Origin: Meiothermus sp.
Lineage (GTDB): Bacteria > Deinococcota > Deinococci > Deinococcales > Thermaceae
Reading direction: 5' to 3'
Length of the DNA stretch: 45,594 nt
NCBI GenBank assembly: GCA_033762915.1
Contig: JANRLD010000110.1
Span: 1 to 45,594, forward strand
Shown in pieces: positions 18,841 to 28,915 of the stretch. The notes under the pieces were generated by a model that did not search any database, was not told the DNA's origin, and saw only the letters and a program-made list of their open reading frames with translations. How positions within the stretch are numbered: position 1 is the first letter of the stretch; the number at the start of each line of letters is the position of its first letter. The position numbers and the translations under genes are program-made.

Positions 18841-19215
18841 ATGAGTAACGCCACAACCGCCCACAGCTATTCGGCCATTCTGGTGATGGACTCCCGCAAG
18901 GTGCAGAGCATCATCAGGCCGAGTTCGCCGCTGGGCGGCTGGTCGCGGCTCTACTCCGCTGGCCCCTACTACCTCGACATGAGCTTCCGGCTCGACGGCG
19001 ACGACCTGCGCCTGCTGGGCCGGGTGGTGAGCCGCCACAAGCAGGCCCTAGACGGGGGCACCATCCGCCTGTGTGAGCTGGGCGGCCATACCACCGAGCA
19101 CGACCTCGAGCCCACCGGCCAGTTCACCCTCACCCTAAGCAGCCGCCAGGCCTACGGCCTCGAGGTGCTGCTGGACGGGGACACCGTGAAGGTGGGACGG
19201 CTCGAGCTGCGGTGA
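18841..19215 (+). CDS. Hypothetical beta-rich protein
   Basis: GGGAG RBS and host-like codon usage; resembles a transthyretin/carboxypeptidase-regulatory-like sandwich. Confidence 0.65.
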   Translation: MSNATTAHSYSAILVMDSRKVQSIIRPSSPLGGWSRLYSAGPYYLDMSFRLDGDDLRLLGRVVSRHKQALDGGTIRLCELGGHTTEHDLEPTGQFTLTLSSRQAYGLEVLLDGDTVKVGRLELR

Positions 19216-19289
19216 GGCGGAGCTGGGGGTCGTTGTTGGGCCCCCCGTCTGTCGGTCGCTGCGGTCTGGGCGCAGTGCGAAGAGGTCTA

Positions 19290-19372
19290 AGTTGCGCCAG
19301 GGCAGATTTGCAAGACCAGCGAACGCCGGAAACATGTGTCTGGCGCAATTCCCTACGGGTGTTTCGGGGCGG
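19290..19372 (+). repeat. Family-2 intergenic repeat
   Basis: AGTTGCGCCAG...CTGGCGCAATT followed by CCCTACGGGTGTTTCGGGGCGG. Confidence 0.7.
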
Positions 19373-19376
19373 GTTC

Positions 19377-19880
19377 CTACATTTCAACTATAGAGATACT
19401 TGGGCCCAGCTCGAGGCGGTAGGGCTCGAGCCTCTGGTTGTACACCTTTACGGCTCGGGCGGCCTGGGCCTCGGGCGTGGTGTCCTTGTAGAGCTTGTAG
19501 CGCGGGGCCACGATGGGGACGGCGGAGAGCACCTCGAGTTCGATGAAGGCCTTTACCGGGAAGCGCTCAGTGGCGATCTGCTTTAAAGGGGCGACCCGGC
19601 CTTCGTAGTCGGGGTCGCCGGGTTCAACCACCCTGGCCCGCCCGTTCAGCTTGTAGCCCCGCTGCTCGAAGACCTCCACGAAGCTCAGGCAGGCGTGGGG
19701 GTTCGCCCTGATGTTGCGCACGCTCTTGGGTGAGGCCACGTGGGCGATCAGCACGAAGCGGTCGCCCTCCGGCACGAAGATCTCCTTGGGCGAGACGTTG
19801 GGAGTGCCGTCCTCGGAGACGGTGGCGAGCCAGCACAGCACGCTCAGCTCGAGATACCTCTTGATCTCGTCGGTCAGCAT
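19377..19880 (-). CDS. Pyridoxamine 5'-phosphate oxidase-like FMN-binding protein
   Basis: WLATVSEDGTPNVSPK, SVRNIRANP and GYKLNGRA; start MLTDEIK immediately after the yfiT stop. Confidence 0.85.
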   Translation of the reverse strand: MLTDEIKRYLELSVLCWLATVSEDGTPNVSPKEIFVPEGDRFVLIAHVASPKSVRNIRANPHACLSFVEVFEQRGYKLNGRARVVEPGDPDYEGRVAPLKQIATERFPVKAFIELEVLSAVPIVAPRYKLYKDTTPEAQAARAVKVYNQRLEPYRLELGPSISIVEM

Positions 19881-19882
19881 CC

Positions 19883-20404
19883 CTACCACCCCATCCGTCG
19901 CCTTAGTCCGGCGATTTGGGCGATGTGGTGCCGCCCGTGCCACGCGTAAGCGGCTAGGGTGGCCTCGAGGCTCGTCGGGCCGCCCGCGGGGTGCAGGTAC
20001 TCGCGCTTCCAGTCCGACTCCCCCAGCGTCTCGAGCAGGATGATCCAGCGGGTGTGCAGGGCCTCGAGCAGCGCGACCGAGACGTCGACCGGGGTCTTCT
20101 GCGTGTCGGCCAGCAGCGCCCAGCGCTCCTCGAGGTAGGGCTTGATGGCGGGTCGCTCCTCGGTGAGGGCCAGCTTGACCCGTGTGTAGGCGTTGAGGTG
20201 GCTGTCAGGGAGGTGGTGGGCCACCTGCTGCACCGTCCAGCCGCCCTCGCGGTAGGGCGTTTGGAGCTGAGCTGCCGTCAGGCCCGCCAGGGCCAGCCTC
20301 AAGTGACCGGGGGCCTGCCTGAGCAGCTCGAGGTTCTCCCGTCGCAGGTCGGGGGCGTAGGAAGGCAGGCGTTTGAACTCGCCGATGGGGTAGCGAAGGT
20401 CCAT
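19883..20404 (-). CDS. yfiT: YfiT/BstA DinB-family thiol transferase / metal-dependent hydrolase
   Basis: MDLRYPIG, TPYREGGWTVQQVAHHLPDSH and YAWHGRHH. Confidence 0.9.
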   Translation of the reverse strand: MDLRYPIGEFKRLPSYAPDLRRENLELLRQAPGHLRLALAGLTAAQLQTPYREGGWTVQQVAHHLPDSHLNAYTRVKLALTEERPAIKPYLEERWALLADTQKTPVDVSVALLEALHTRWIILLETLGESDWKREYLHPAGGPTSLEATLAAYAWHGRHHIAQIAGLRRRMGW

Positions 20405-20487
20405 GCTTAAGCTCCTTTGCTGCGTGGTCGCGGGGCTCCTTGACTCGAGGGTTTGCCCCGCAAGACCCCGCCATCCTAGCCAAAAGG

Positions 20488-20533
20488 TGGATTGATCAGT
20501 AGTGCCACTACTGGTAACTTCAGCTAGACCACT
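20488..20533. promoter_or_regulatory. Putative MocR operator array
   Basis: Two tandem TGG-N14-CCA units (20488-20507, 20512-20531); CAGTAGTG-C-CACTACTG palindrome. Confidence 0.55.
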
Positions 20534-20534
20534 T

Positions 20535-21980
20535 ATGCCCCAGACCCGCTTGGTTTCCGAGTTCCTGCCGGTCGTGCAGCGCGGTATCGGAGTCTCCCTC
20601 GAGCGCCAATTGGTTCAGGCTTTTCGCTCAGCCATCCTCGAGGGGCGCCTGCACCAGGGGGCGCGGATCCCGTCCTCGCGGGAGCTGGCAGCCTCGCTGG
20701 GGGTCAACCGCAACACCGTGGTGGCAGCGCTGGAGCAGCTGCGGGCCGAGGGCTGCCTCGAGGCCATTCACGGCTCGGGCACGTTTGTCTCGGCGGATGT
20801 CCGGCCCCCGGTACAGAAGAAACACCCGGTCAAGACCGCCCGCTGGCTGCGGCCCCCCGCCCAGCCCCTCATGGCCCCGCTGCGCGGGGGCCTCGAGTTC
20901 CGGGTCTGCCAGATCAGCACGCGGGACTTCCCGCTCGAGGCCTGGCACAAGGCCTGGCGCGAGGCCGCCCGCAAGGCCCCGCCCGACGACTACGGCACGC
21001 CGGCGGGTGAGCCAGCTTTCCGCCAGGCCATCGCCCGCTATCTGGGTAGGGCCAGGGGCTTGGCCTGCACGGCCGAGGACGTACTGGTGACGGGCGGGGC
21101 CATCCAGGCCATCAACCTGATCGCCCAGGCCACCCTGACCGCGGGCACAGCCGTGGCCTTCGAGGACCCTGGCTTTCCGCTGGCGCGGCAGGTACTCCAG
21201 CAGCACGGCGCGCGTATCCTGCCCGTCGCGGTGGACGAGGACGGCCTGCGCGTAGACCAGCTGCCGACCGGACGTAATGCGCCGCACTTGGTCTACGTCA
21301 CCCCTTCGCACCAGTTCCCGCTGGGCAGCCGACTGTCGCTAAGCCGCCGCCGGGCCGTGCTCGAGTGGGCCGATCAGAACGACGCGCTGATCATCGAGGA
21401 CGATTACGACAGCGAGTTCCGCTTCGATGTGCCGCCCCTGCCCCCGCTGGCCAGCCTCGACCGTAGCGGGCGCGTGGTCTACGTGGGCACCTTCTCCAAG
21501 GTGCTTTCGCCCGCGTTGCGCACTGGCTATGTGGTGGCGGCCCCGGCCTTGCTCGAGCGCCTAAGCCAGCTCAAAACCCTCAGCGACTACTACACCAGCA
21601 GCATCACCCAGTTGGCCCTCGAGCACTTCCTCAGCAGCGGGGCCTTGGAGCGCCACGTGGCCAAGATGCGCCGGGTCTATAAGCACAAGCGCGAGGCGCT
21701 GGTTGAAGCCTTGGCGCCGATCCAAGACGTTACCCGGGTGCGCGGCCTCGAGGCCGGGGTGAACGTCTTCCTCGAGTGCGGCCCGGGGCTCGACCTCGAG
21801 CAAGTCGAGAGGCACTGCGCCCGGCAAGGCGTGGGCATCACTGGGGTCGCGACCTACTTCTGCCGCAAGCCCGACTGGTACGGTTTGGTGCTGGGGTACG
21901 GGGGCCTCGAGCTAGGGCAGATTCGCGAGGCCGCGGGGCAGTTGGTGCGGGCGGTCAAGGGCGCAAGTTTTGCGGGGTAA
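20535..21980 (+). CDS. MocR/GabR family regulator (GntR HTH + PLP aminotransferase-like domain)
   Basis: [37 protein letters not shown] and GTFSK. Confidence 0.93.
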   Translation: MPQTRLVSEFLPVVQRGIGVSLERQLVQAFRSAILEGRLHQGARIPSSRELAASLGVNRNTVVAALEQLRAEGCLEAIHGSGTFVSADVRPPVQKKHPVKTARWLRPPAQPLMAPLRGGLEFRVCQISTRDFPLEAWHKAWREAARKAPPDDYGTPAGEPAFRQAIARYLGRARGLACTAEDVLVTGGAIQAINLIAQATLTAGTAVAFEDPGFPLARQVLQQHGARILPVAVDEDGLRVDQLPTGRNAPHLVYVTPSHQFPLGSRLSLSRRRAVLEWADQNDALIIEDDYDSEFRFDVPPLPPLASLDRSGRVVYVGTFSKVLSPALRTGYVVAAPALLERLSQLKTLSDYYTSSITQLALEHFLSSGALERHVAKMRRVYKHKREALVEALAPIQDVTRVRGLEAGVNVFLECGPGLDLEQVERHCARQGVGITGVATYFCRKPDWYGLVLGYGGLELGQIREAAGQLVRAVKGASFAG

Positions 21981-21996
21981 GTGGGTGGAGAGCAAA

Positions 21997-23352
21997 GTGT
22001 ACCGACGCGACCTCATCAGATGGATCGGTCTGGGTGTGGGGGGAACCATCATGGGTTTCGGACAGGCCGTAAACGCAAAGCCTAGGGTTGTGGTGGTTGG
22101 GGCGGGCATGGCCGGACTGGCCGCGGCCCAACAGCTCCGCCAGCAGGGGCACGAGGTGACCGTGCTCGAGGCTCGAGACCGCCTTGGCGGGCGCATCTGG
22201 ACGAGTTCCCGCTGGCCCGACGCGCTGCTGGATCTGGGCGCTACCTGGATACACGGCACCAAGGGCAACCCCCTCACCCCGCTGGCCGCAGCCGCGAAAG
22301 CCTCAATGGTATCCACCAGCTACGACTCCAACATCGTCTACGCCTCGAATGGCGAGCCGCTGAGCCAGACCCAACAGGCCAGGCTCGAGCAAGTTCAACA
22401 GCGCGTCGCCAAAGCTCTGCGGGCGGCCCAGGACCGCGACCCCGATCAGTCGGTGCAGGCCGCCGTCGAGTCAGGACTCAACTGGCCAAGCCTTTCCCTT
22501 GACGAACGGCGGCTGGCAGACTTCGTGCTCAACGGCAGCATCGAGCACGAATATGCGGGCAGCACCAGGGCCCTGTCTGCCCATTGGTACGACGACGCGC
22601 AGGCCTTTGGCGGCAACGACGCCTTGTTTCTCCGGGGCTTCGGGGTCATAACCCACCACCTGGCCCAGGGGATCTCGGTCAAGCTGGGTCAGGTGGTCAG
22701 GTCCATCAACTGGGGCGGTGCGGAGGTCAGCGTGAGCACCCAGGACGCGGTGTACCCCGCCGACAAGGTGGTCGTCACCGTGCCCCTGGGGGTGCTCAAG
22801 GCCGGCACGATCCAATTCGTGCCCGCACTCCCGCCGCCTAAGCAGAGGGCGATTCGTAACCTGGGCATGGGGGTGCTCAACAAGTGCTATTTGCGCTTTG
22901 AGCGGGCCTTCTGGCCGGCGGACGTGGACTGGCTCGAGTACGTCTCTCCCCGCCGCGGGGAGTGGACCGAGTGGGTTAGCTTTACGCGGGCGGCCCAGCT
23001 GCCCGTCTTGCTCGGCTTCAATGCCGCTGACCACGGCCGCGCCATCGAAGCCTGGAGCGACGCCCGGATCATCACCAGCGCCATGCAAACCCTGAGGCAG
23101 ATGTTTGGCCCTAACATCCCCCAGCCCCTGGACTATCAGATCACCCGCTGGGCTTCCGACCCCTTCGCCCTGGGCTCTTACTCATTCAACGCGGTGGGCT
23201 CGACCCCCGGCATGCGCGATCAGCTGGCCGCCAGCCTGGGCGCAAAGGTCTTCTTCGCTGGGGAGGCCACCGAGCGGCGACATTTCAGCACCGTCCACGG
23301 CGCTTACCTGTCGGGGCTGCGGGTAGCCCAGGAGATTGCTCGAGGCAGTTGA
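21997..23352 (+). CDS. Flavin monoamine/polyamine oxidase with Tat signal
   Basis: GTG start after GGAG; YRRDLI twin-arginine motif; [21 protein letters not shown] and TVHGAYLSG. Confidence 0.9.
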   Translation: MYRRDLIRWIGLGVGGTIMGFGQAVNAKPRVVVVGAGMAGLAAAQQLRQQGHEVTVLEARDRLGGRIWTSSRWPDALLDLGATWIHGTKGNPLTPLAAAAKASMVSTSYDSNIVYASNGEPLSQTQQARLEQVQQRVAKALRAAQDRDPDQSVQAAVESGLNWPSLSLDERRLADFVLNGSIEHEYAGSTRALSAHWYDDAQAFGGNDALFLRGFGVITHHLAQGISVKLGQVVRSINWGGAEVSVSTQDAVYPADKVVVTVPLGVLKAGTIQFVPALPPPKQRAIRNLGMGVLNKCYLRFERAFWPADVDWLEYVSPRRGEWTEWVSFTRAAQLPVLLGFNAADHGRAIEAWSDARIITSAMQTLRQMFGPNIPQPLDYQITRWASDPFALGSYSFNAVGSTPGMRDQLAASLGAKVFFAGEATERRHFSTVHGAYLSGLRVAQEIARGS

Positions 23353-23485
23353 GCTGGAGGTTTTGCCTTTGTACTCCGTGCGTACCTTCAGGCGCTCGGT
23401 GGGTATGGCACCAGGGAAGATGCGCGAAGCCGGCGAACCCTACAGACCCGCAGGCATGACACAGAGGGCCTGGCGCTGGCCCCTG

Positions 23486-23579
23486 ACAGCGGTTCCCACC
23501 ACTACGCCTCACCGCGTGAGGCGTAATGTACCCCGCACATCCGAGTCTCTGCGTGCGTGGTATTCGTGGGAACCGCTGT
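23486..23579 (-). repeat. Family-1 T-shaped palindromic repeat
   Basis: 14-bp outer stem ACAGCGGTTCCCAC/GTGGGAACCGCTGT enclosing two hairpin arms. Confidence 0.8.
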
Positions 23580-23677
23580 GAGGCATTTTCGTTTTGGCCT
23601 GCGTCCCGGATTCCAACCGTGACACCTACGGCAGAGGCCGCCCTAACAAGGTCTCCATAGTTGGGATGCGACACGCC

Positions 23678-23791
23678 CGCCAGCTCCCGCAGCGAATTGC
23701 GCCTCGGGTAGCCGCTCCGCGGCTATGGCACACGCCACTCCACCCTGGCATGCCGTATCCACCGATTCCGCACTTCTACCCTGGCGCAACT
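23678..23791 (-). repeat. Family-2 intergenic repeat
   Basis: Reverse complement matches 33565-33661; the forward sequence shares a long block with 35491-35595. Confidence 0.8.
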
Positions 23792-23793
23792 AT

Positions 23794-23890
23794 AGCGCTT
23801 CGAAGGAATACCCCACACCCATAGGCCCGGAGGTGCGGGGTGCATTACGCCCGCTTTAGCCCATTAAGGTGGGAGGTGTAAAGGTGGGAG
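23794..23890 (+). repeat. Degenerate family-1 repeat
   Basis: GAATACCCC...GTGCGGGGTGCATTACGCC...GGTGTAAAGGTGGGA aligns to the reverse complement of 23486-23579. Confidence 0.6.
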
Positions 23891-23893
23891 ATA

Positions 23894-23971
23894 ATTTGCG
23901 CCAGAGGGAATCTGCGAGACCAGAGGGGCAACAGTGACGCTCCTGGCATATCCCCTAACGGGCGTTGCGGG
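23894..23971 (+). repeat. Degenerate family-2 repeat
   Basis: TTGCGCCAG..ATCTGCGAGACCAG...CTGGCATATCCCCTAACGGG aligns to the copy at 19290. Confidence 0.55.
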
Positions 23972-24076
23972 TCGGCATCGCGCAGTTCAACAACACAGAC
24001 ACCCAACCTCGGCGAAGGCCTTCCGCGTCTCGCTGCATTGCGGTGCTCGCCGGGTGCCGGGCGTTCGGGGCGGCGA

Positions 24077-24126
24077 TTGACAAAGCACCCAGGGGCTGCT
24101 AGGATTTGGGTTAACGTTAACCCAAA
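24077..24126 (+). promoter_or_regulatory. sigma70 promoter and LacI-type operator of the pectin locus
   Basis: TTGACA-17 nt-TAGGAT with extended -10 TG, then the perfect 22-bp palindrome TTTGGGTTAACGTTAACCCAAA (24105-24126). Confidence 0.88.
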
Positions 24127-24155
24127 GAGATCAGGCTGTCTGCAGAGGTTCCCTT

Positions 24156-25190
24156 ATGTCTGATAGTAGCGTTACCCTTGCCCACGTGGCCCGGCTTGCC
24201 GGGGTCTCTATCATCACGGTATCTAAAGTCCTTAACAACACCGGACGCATCTCGGAAGCCACCCGGAGTCGGGTGCTGAATGCGGCCAATCAGCTGGGCT
24301 ACGTGGCCAATTCCGCCGCCCGCAGCCTGCGCGGGCGGCCAACCCAGATCTTGGGTATGGTGATTCCCGAGCTGATCAGCCCGTACTTTGCCGAGGTGGC
24401 TCGAGCTGCGGCCAACTCGGCCAGCCGACTGGGCTACGACCTGGCCCTCTTCACCACTTCCCGCGACCCCGAGCGCGAGCGCGAGCGGGTGGGTACGCTG
24501 CTGGGTGGTCTGGCCGACGGCCTGATTATCGTTGTGCCCATCGGGGCGTCGGGGTTTTTGGCCACCCTCGAGCGTGTCCGTGCTCCGGTGGTGCTGGTTA
24601 ACCACTTTGGCGCGGCCACCCACCTCCCGGTGGTGCGGGCCGATAGCTTTGAAGGCTCGGTTGCTGCGGTACGGCACCTCATGGACCTGGGCCACCGCCG
24701 CATCGGCTTTGTGGGCGGGGCACCCCACTCCAGCCAGGCGGCAGAGCGTCTGCGGGCCTACCGCGAGTGCATGCGTGCGGCCGATCTTTGGGACGAAAAC
24801 CTGGTGTGCTCCGGGGACTTCACCCAGGTGCGCGGCTTCGAAGCCGGGCATCAGCTGCTGGGTCTCGAGCAGCCCCCCACGGCGATCTTTGCCGCCAGCG
24901 ACCTCACCGCCTTCGGCATCATCGACGCGGCACGCGCGCGGGGCTTGCAGGTCCCCAGGGATCTCTCCGTGGTGGGTTTTGACGACATCCCAGCCGCCGC
25001 CCATGCCCACCCCAGCCTGACCACCGTAGCTCACCCCATCGCCGATATGGCCGAGGCCGCGGTCCAGCTGTTTGCCCAGATCAAGGCCGGCCAGCCCGTG
25101 CAAGACACCCTGGTGGAGTTCCCCAGCAGCCTGGTGGTTCGGGGCTCGAGCGGCCCCGCGCCCAAAACCCGTAAAGGAACCGCCCTATGA
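24156..25190 (+). CDS. LacI family transcriptional regulator
   Basis: [39 protein letters not shown]. Confidence 0.95.
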   Translation: MSDSSVTLAHVARLAGVSIITVSKVLNNTGRISEATRSRVLNAANQLGYVANSAARSLRGRPTQILGMVIPELISPYFAEVARAAANSASRLGYDLALFTTSRDPERERERVGTLLGGLADGLIIVVPIGASGFLATLERVRAPVVLVNHFGAATHLPVVRADSFEGSVAAVRHLMDLGHRRIGFVGGAPHSSQAAERLRAYRECMRAADLWDENLVCSGDFTQVRGFEAGHQLLGLEQPPTAIFAASDLTAFGIIDAARARGLQVPRDLSVVGFDDIPAAAHAHPSLTTVAHPIADMAEAAVQLFAQIKAGQPVQDTLVEFPSSLVVRGSSGPAPKTRKGTAL

Positions 25191-26101
25191 ACGCGGCCCA
25201 CCGGCTGGGTCAGCAGATTTGGCGCCACCGGGTGCTGTACTTAATGCTGCTGCCGGGCTTGCTGTACTTCCTGGTCTTCCGCTACTGGCCTTTGTGGAAT
25301 GCCCAGATCGCCTTCAAGGATTTTCAGCCCATGCTGGGGGTTTGGGGTAGCCCCTGGGTGGGCGGGCAGTACTTCTTGGAGTTCTTCAACTCTTACTACT
25401 TTTCCCAGTTGCTCACCAACACCCTGGTTATCAGCTTGGCCAAGATCGTGCTGGGCATTCCCCCGGCGATCCTCCTGGCGATTGCCCTGCACGAGACCGG
25501 GCGCAAATTTCTGTCGCGCCTGGTTCAGACCATGAGCTACCTACCGCACTTTTTGTCTTGGGTGATCGTGTACGGGATCTTGCTGGCCATGCTCTCGCCC
25601 AGCGAGGGCTTGGTCAACAGCGGTCTGAAGGCGATGGGGCTCGAGCCAATTGCCTTCCTCACCACCGCCAGCACCTTCCAGCCGGTGGTGGTGATCTCGG
25701 AGATCTGGAAGGAGACCGGCTGGAGCGCGATTCTGTTCCTGGCCGCCCTGCTCTCCATCAACCCGGTGCTCTACGAGGCCGCGGCCATGGACGGGGCCTC
25801 GCGCTGGCAGCAGGTGCGCCACATCTCGCTTCCGGGGGTGATGGGGGTACTGGTACTGGTGGTGCTGCTCAAAATCGGCAGCATTTTGGACGCGGGCTTT
25901 CAGCAGATCTTCGTGCTCTACTCGCTGCCGGTTTACAGCGTGGGCGACATCATCGACACCTGGGTATATCGCCAGGGCATCCAAAACTTTCAGTTCAGCC
26001 TGGCTACAGCGGTTGGGCTGTTCAAGGGGGTGATCGGCCTGGTGCTGATCGTGATTGCCAACCGCCTGGCCCAGCGCTTCACCGGTAACAGCTTGTACTA
26101 G
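25187..26101 (+). CDS. Oligosaccharide ABC permease (LplB/YteP-like)
   Basis: YLPHFLSWV, IWKETGW, LYEAAAMDGA and DIIDTWVYR. Confidence 0.92.
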   Translation: MNAAHRLGQQIWRHRVLYLMLLPGLLYFLVFRYWPLWNAQIAFKDFQPMLGVWGSPWVGGQYFLEFFNSYYFSQLLTNTLVISLAKIVLGIPPAILLAIALHETGRKFLSRLVQTMSYLPHFLSWVIVYGILLAMLSPSEGLVNSGLKAMGLEPIAFLTTASTFQPVVVISEIWKETGWSAILFLAALLSINPVLYEAAAMDGASRWQQVRHISLPGVMGVLVLVVLLKIGSILDAGFQQIFVLYSLPVYSVGDIIDTWVYRQGIQNFQFSLATAVGLFKGVIGLVLIVIANRLAQRFTGNSLY

Positions 26102-26110
26102 GAGATCACC

Positions 26111-26980
26111 GTGGTGAGAAAAGCGATGTCCCGCAGCGACCGCATTTTCGAGTGGGGCGTGGATGCGTTTTTGGTTCTGGTGCTCATCGTGACCTTTGTG
26201 CCGATGTGGTACGTGGCCATGGTTTCGCTGCTGCCCTTTGGTCAGCAGGCCAGCCTATTCTTGGCCCCCTGGAACTGGTCTTTTGAGGCCTACGGCCAGC
26301 TAATCGGTCAGCCGGCCATCTGGAGGGCGGTGCTCAACAGCGTGGTGCTGACGGTAGGGGGGGTGCTGGTCAGTCTCACCCTGACGGTGATGGCGGCCTA
26401 TCCACTATCGAGACGCGAATTGCCGGGGCGAGGCTTTTTTGTGGGGCTGATTCTGTTCACCTTCTTGTTCAACGCCGGTCTGATCCCGACGTTCTTGGTG
26501 ATCAAGGATTTGGGCCTGCTCAACTCGTACTGGGCCGTTCTGCTCAATGGGGCCATCAGTGTCTACAACCTGCTGGTTATGAAGACCTTCTTTCAAAACC
26601 TTCCCGAGAGCCTCGAGGAAGCCGCCCGCATCGACGGCGCCAACGACTGGCAAATCCTGTGGCATGTGATTCTGCCCCTGTCTAAACCCATTCTGCTAAC
26701 CATAGGTTTGTTCTACGGCGTCGCGGCGTGGAACAACTTTTTTGAGCCCATCTTGTTCCTGTCTGACCGCAGCCTGATGCCCCTTCCGGTGGTTCTGCGG
26801 GACATCTTGACCGGAATCAACGCGGCCGAGTACGTGGAGGGCACCGCAGCCCAGGCCGCCCCCGCCGAGGCCCTCAAGATGGCCTCTGTAGTCTTGATCA
26901 CTCTGCCGATGCTCCTGGTATACCCGTGGATTCAGCGGTATTTCACCAAGGGGGTACTGATTGGCAGCGTGAAGGAGTAG
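26111..26980 (+). CDS. Oligosaccharide ABC permease (LplC/YtcP-like)
   Basis: FNAGLIP, LEEAARIDGA and YPWIQRYFTKG...GSVKE. Confidence 0.92.
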   Translation: MVRKAMSRSDRIFEWGVDAFLVLVLIVTFVPMWYVAMVSLLPFGQQASLFLAPWNWSFEAYGQLIGQPAIWRAVLNSVVLTVGGVLVSLTLTVMAAYPLSRRELPGRGFFVGLILFTFLFNAGLIPTFLVIKDLGLLNSYWAVLLNGAISVYNLLVMKTFFQNLPESLEEAARIDGANDWQILWHVILPLSKPILLTIGLFYGVAAWNNFFEPILFLSDRSLMPLPVVLRDILTGINAAEYVEGTAAQAAPAEALKMASVVLITLPMLLVYPWIQRYFTKGVLIGSVKE

Positions 26981-27033
26981 GGCTGTCGCGCAAAGGACAC
27001 ATCGGCACAGCACCCGCCACCAAGGAGGCACAC

Positions 27034-28569
27034 ATGCACACTGGCAGAAAGCTCTTGTCCACTCTTGCAGTAGCTGCGCTTGCGGCCAGCGGGGGGCTGG
27101 CGCAGGGGGGCAACGATATCAGCATTGCCCTCTACGCAGCCAACCCCGAAGCCCCCGCCCCGCCTGCCAACTGGGAGACCTACCAGATCATCAGGGATCG
27201 GCTGGGCATCAACGTCAGGTTCACCATGCTCCCTACCGGGGCCGACGGCGACAACAGAATCGGGGCCCTGGCGGCCGCCAACGACCTGCCCGATCTGTTC
27301 GAGGTTCGCAACCCCAACCTCTTCGATCGTCTGGTGCAGCAGGGTCAGCTGGGCAGCGTCGGTGACTTGCTGCCCCTGATGCCAAAGCGAAAGATCTTTC
27401 GCTACAACGACACGAAACGCAACAACCTGGTCACGGTAAACGGCGTCATGTACGGACTCCAAGAGCCGGTCAGCCTGAGCCGCCAATACGCCATCTGGCT
27501 GCGCAAGGACTGGCTGGATAAGCTGGGCCTCAAAGAGCCCAGCACCCTCGAGGAGTTCTTCGCTGTGGCCAAAGCCTTTACCGAAAGAGACCCCGACGGC
27601 AACGGGCGCAACGACACGTTCGGCTTTGGCGGGGTTATCGACTACGACACCGCGGGCATCTTGCCTGGCCTGGGCCTGGGCAACCACTTTCAGTGGGTGT
27701 ACGGAGCCTACGGAGTCGCAGGCACCTGGAACTACGCCACGCCCTTTGCGGCCAACGTGCGCGACCCCAATTTCCGCGCCGCCACCGAGTTTATCCGCCG
27801 CATGGTGGAGGCCAAGGTGATCGACTCCGATTGGGCCACCCTCAGACGGGCCGACCTGCGTACCCGCTGGCAGCAGGGGCGCTACGGCATGTTTTTCGAG
27901 AGCGTGGGCGGCCTGCAGGCCGGCCTGCGCAATTTCGACGCCAACAACCCCAAGGCCGAACTGGTCATGCTCAAACCTTTGAGGGGCCCGAGGGGCAGAG
28001 CCAGTATGGGTACCTTCTCATCGGCGGGGTGGTTGTTCGTGGTGTCGAAGAGGGCCATCGAAGCCGGTAAAGGCCCCGCTATCGCCAGGCTGCTCGAGTG
28101 GGCCAACGCCGGCAGCGGCTACTACCAGCTGGGCTTTGGCAGGGCCGGGCACCACTTCAACCTGGTGGACAAGGTGCCCGTGGTCAACACTGCCATCAAC
28201 GCCCAAGAGCGCGGCTCCTATACGCAGATGCGCTGGCTGGCCTTGGACGGCAACACCTTCGAGCTTCAGGGCCGTTACCCGAGGTTCACCTTGTCCGACG
28301 GGCGTTTCTACGTGGTTCACGAGTTGATGCAGCAGGCCTGGAAGGGCGGCTGGATCGACCGCACCGGTGACCTCGCAGTCAAGGCCGCTCCCAACCAGGC
28401 CGACATCGACCGCTACATCGCCGAGAACCTGGTGCTGTTCGTCTTGGGGCAGCGGCCCATCAACGACAACACCTGGGGCCAGTTTATCGATGGGCTGCGC
28501 AACCTGCGCTTTGACCAGTACGAAGCCGCCGCCGAGAGAACCCTCAGGGCGGCGGGCTACCTGAGATAA
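27034..28569 (+). CDS. Oligosaccharide ABC substrate-binding protein (LplA/YtcQ-like)
   Basis: AAGGAGG RBS; signal peptide; RKDWLDKLGL..P.TLEEF and DPDGNG.NDT. Confidence 0.9.
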   Translation: MHTGRKLLSTLAVAALAASGGLAQGGNDISIALYAANPEAPAPPANWETYQIIRDRLGINVRFTMLPTGADGDNRIGALAAANDLPDLFEVRNPNLFDRLVQQGQLGSVGDLLPLMPKRKIFRYNDTKRNNLVTVNGVMYGLQEPVSLSRQYAIWLRKDWLDKLGLKEPSTLEEFFAVAKAFTERDPDGNGRNDTFGFGGVIDYDTAGILPGLGLGNHFQWVYGAYGVAGTWNYATPFAANVRDPNFRAATEFIRRMVEAKVIDSDWATLRRADLRTRWQQGRYGMFFESVGGLQAGLRNFDANNPKAELVMLKPLRGPRGRASMGTFSSAGWLFVVSKRAIEAGKGPAIARLLEWANAGSGYYQLGFGRAGHHFNLVDKVPVVNTAINAQERGSYTQMRWLALDGNTFELQGRYPRFTLSDGRFYVVHELMQQAWKGGWIDRTGDLAVKAAPNQADIDRYIAENLVLFVLGQRPINDNTWGQFIDGLRNLRFDQYEAAAERTLRAAGYLR

Positions 28570-28915
28570 GGCGGCCTGAAGCATGCGCCTCACCCAGGGC
28601 TGCGGATCTCGTGTCACGGGTTCAGACCTGATGATTTTCGCCCGTCTTGGGGTGCGCAGACCGCGCACGGAAGCCTCTGCTCGAGAGCCAAGCCGCGCCC
28701 GCGCAAGGTGCGCAGCCGGGCCGTCCGGCACAACCTGCGCGGGAGGCACTTAATTTGGTATCAGAGTTTTCGACCTGCCCATCCGCCGGAAAACGGCAGG
28801 AACGCCAAGACCGGGGCCGAAAACTCCCGCAACAGGCCCAACACTTGGGCCACAGGCCGCCCCAAACCGCCCGCCCGTAAGGTGCACAACCCTAAGACGC
28901 CGCAAAGGAAGCGCG

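Noticed and set aside
23486..23579. Three-way junction as a hammerhead ribozyme or tRNA
   Set aside because: No CUGAnGA core and no T-loop or CCA features.
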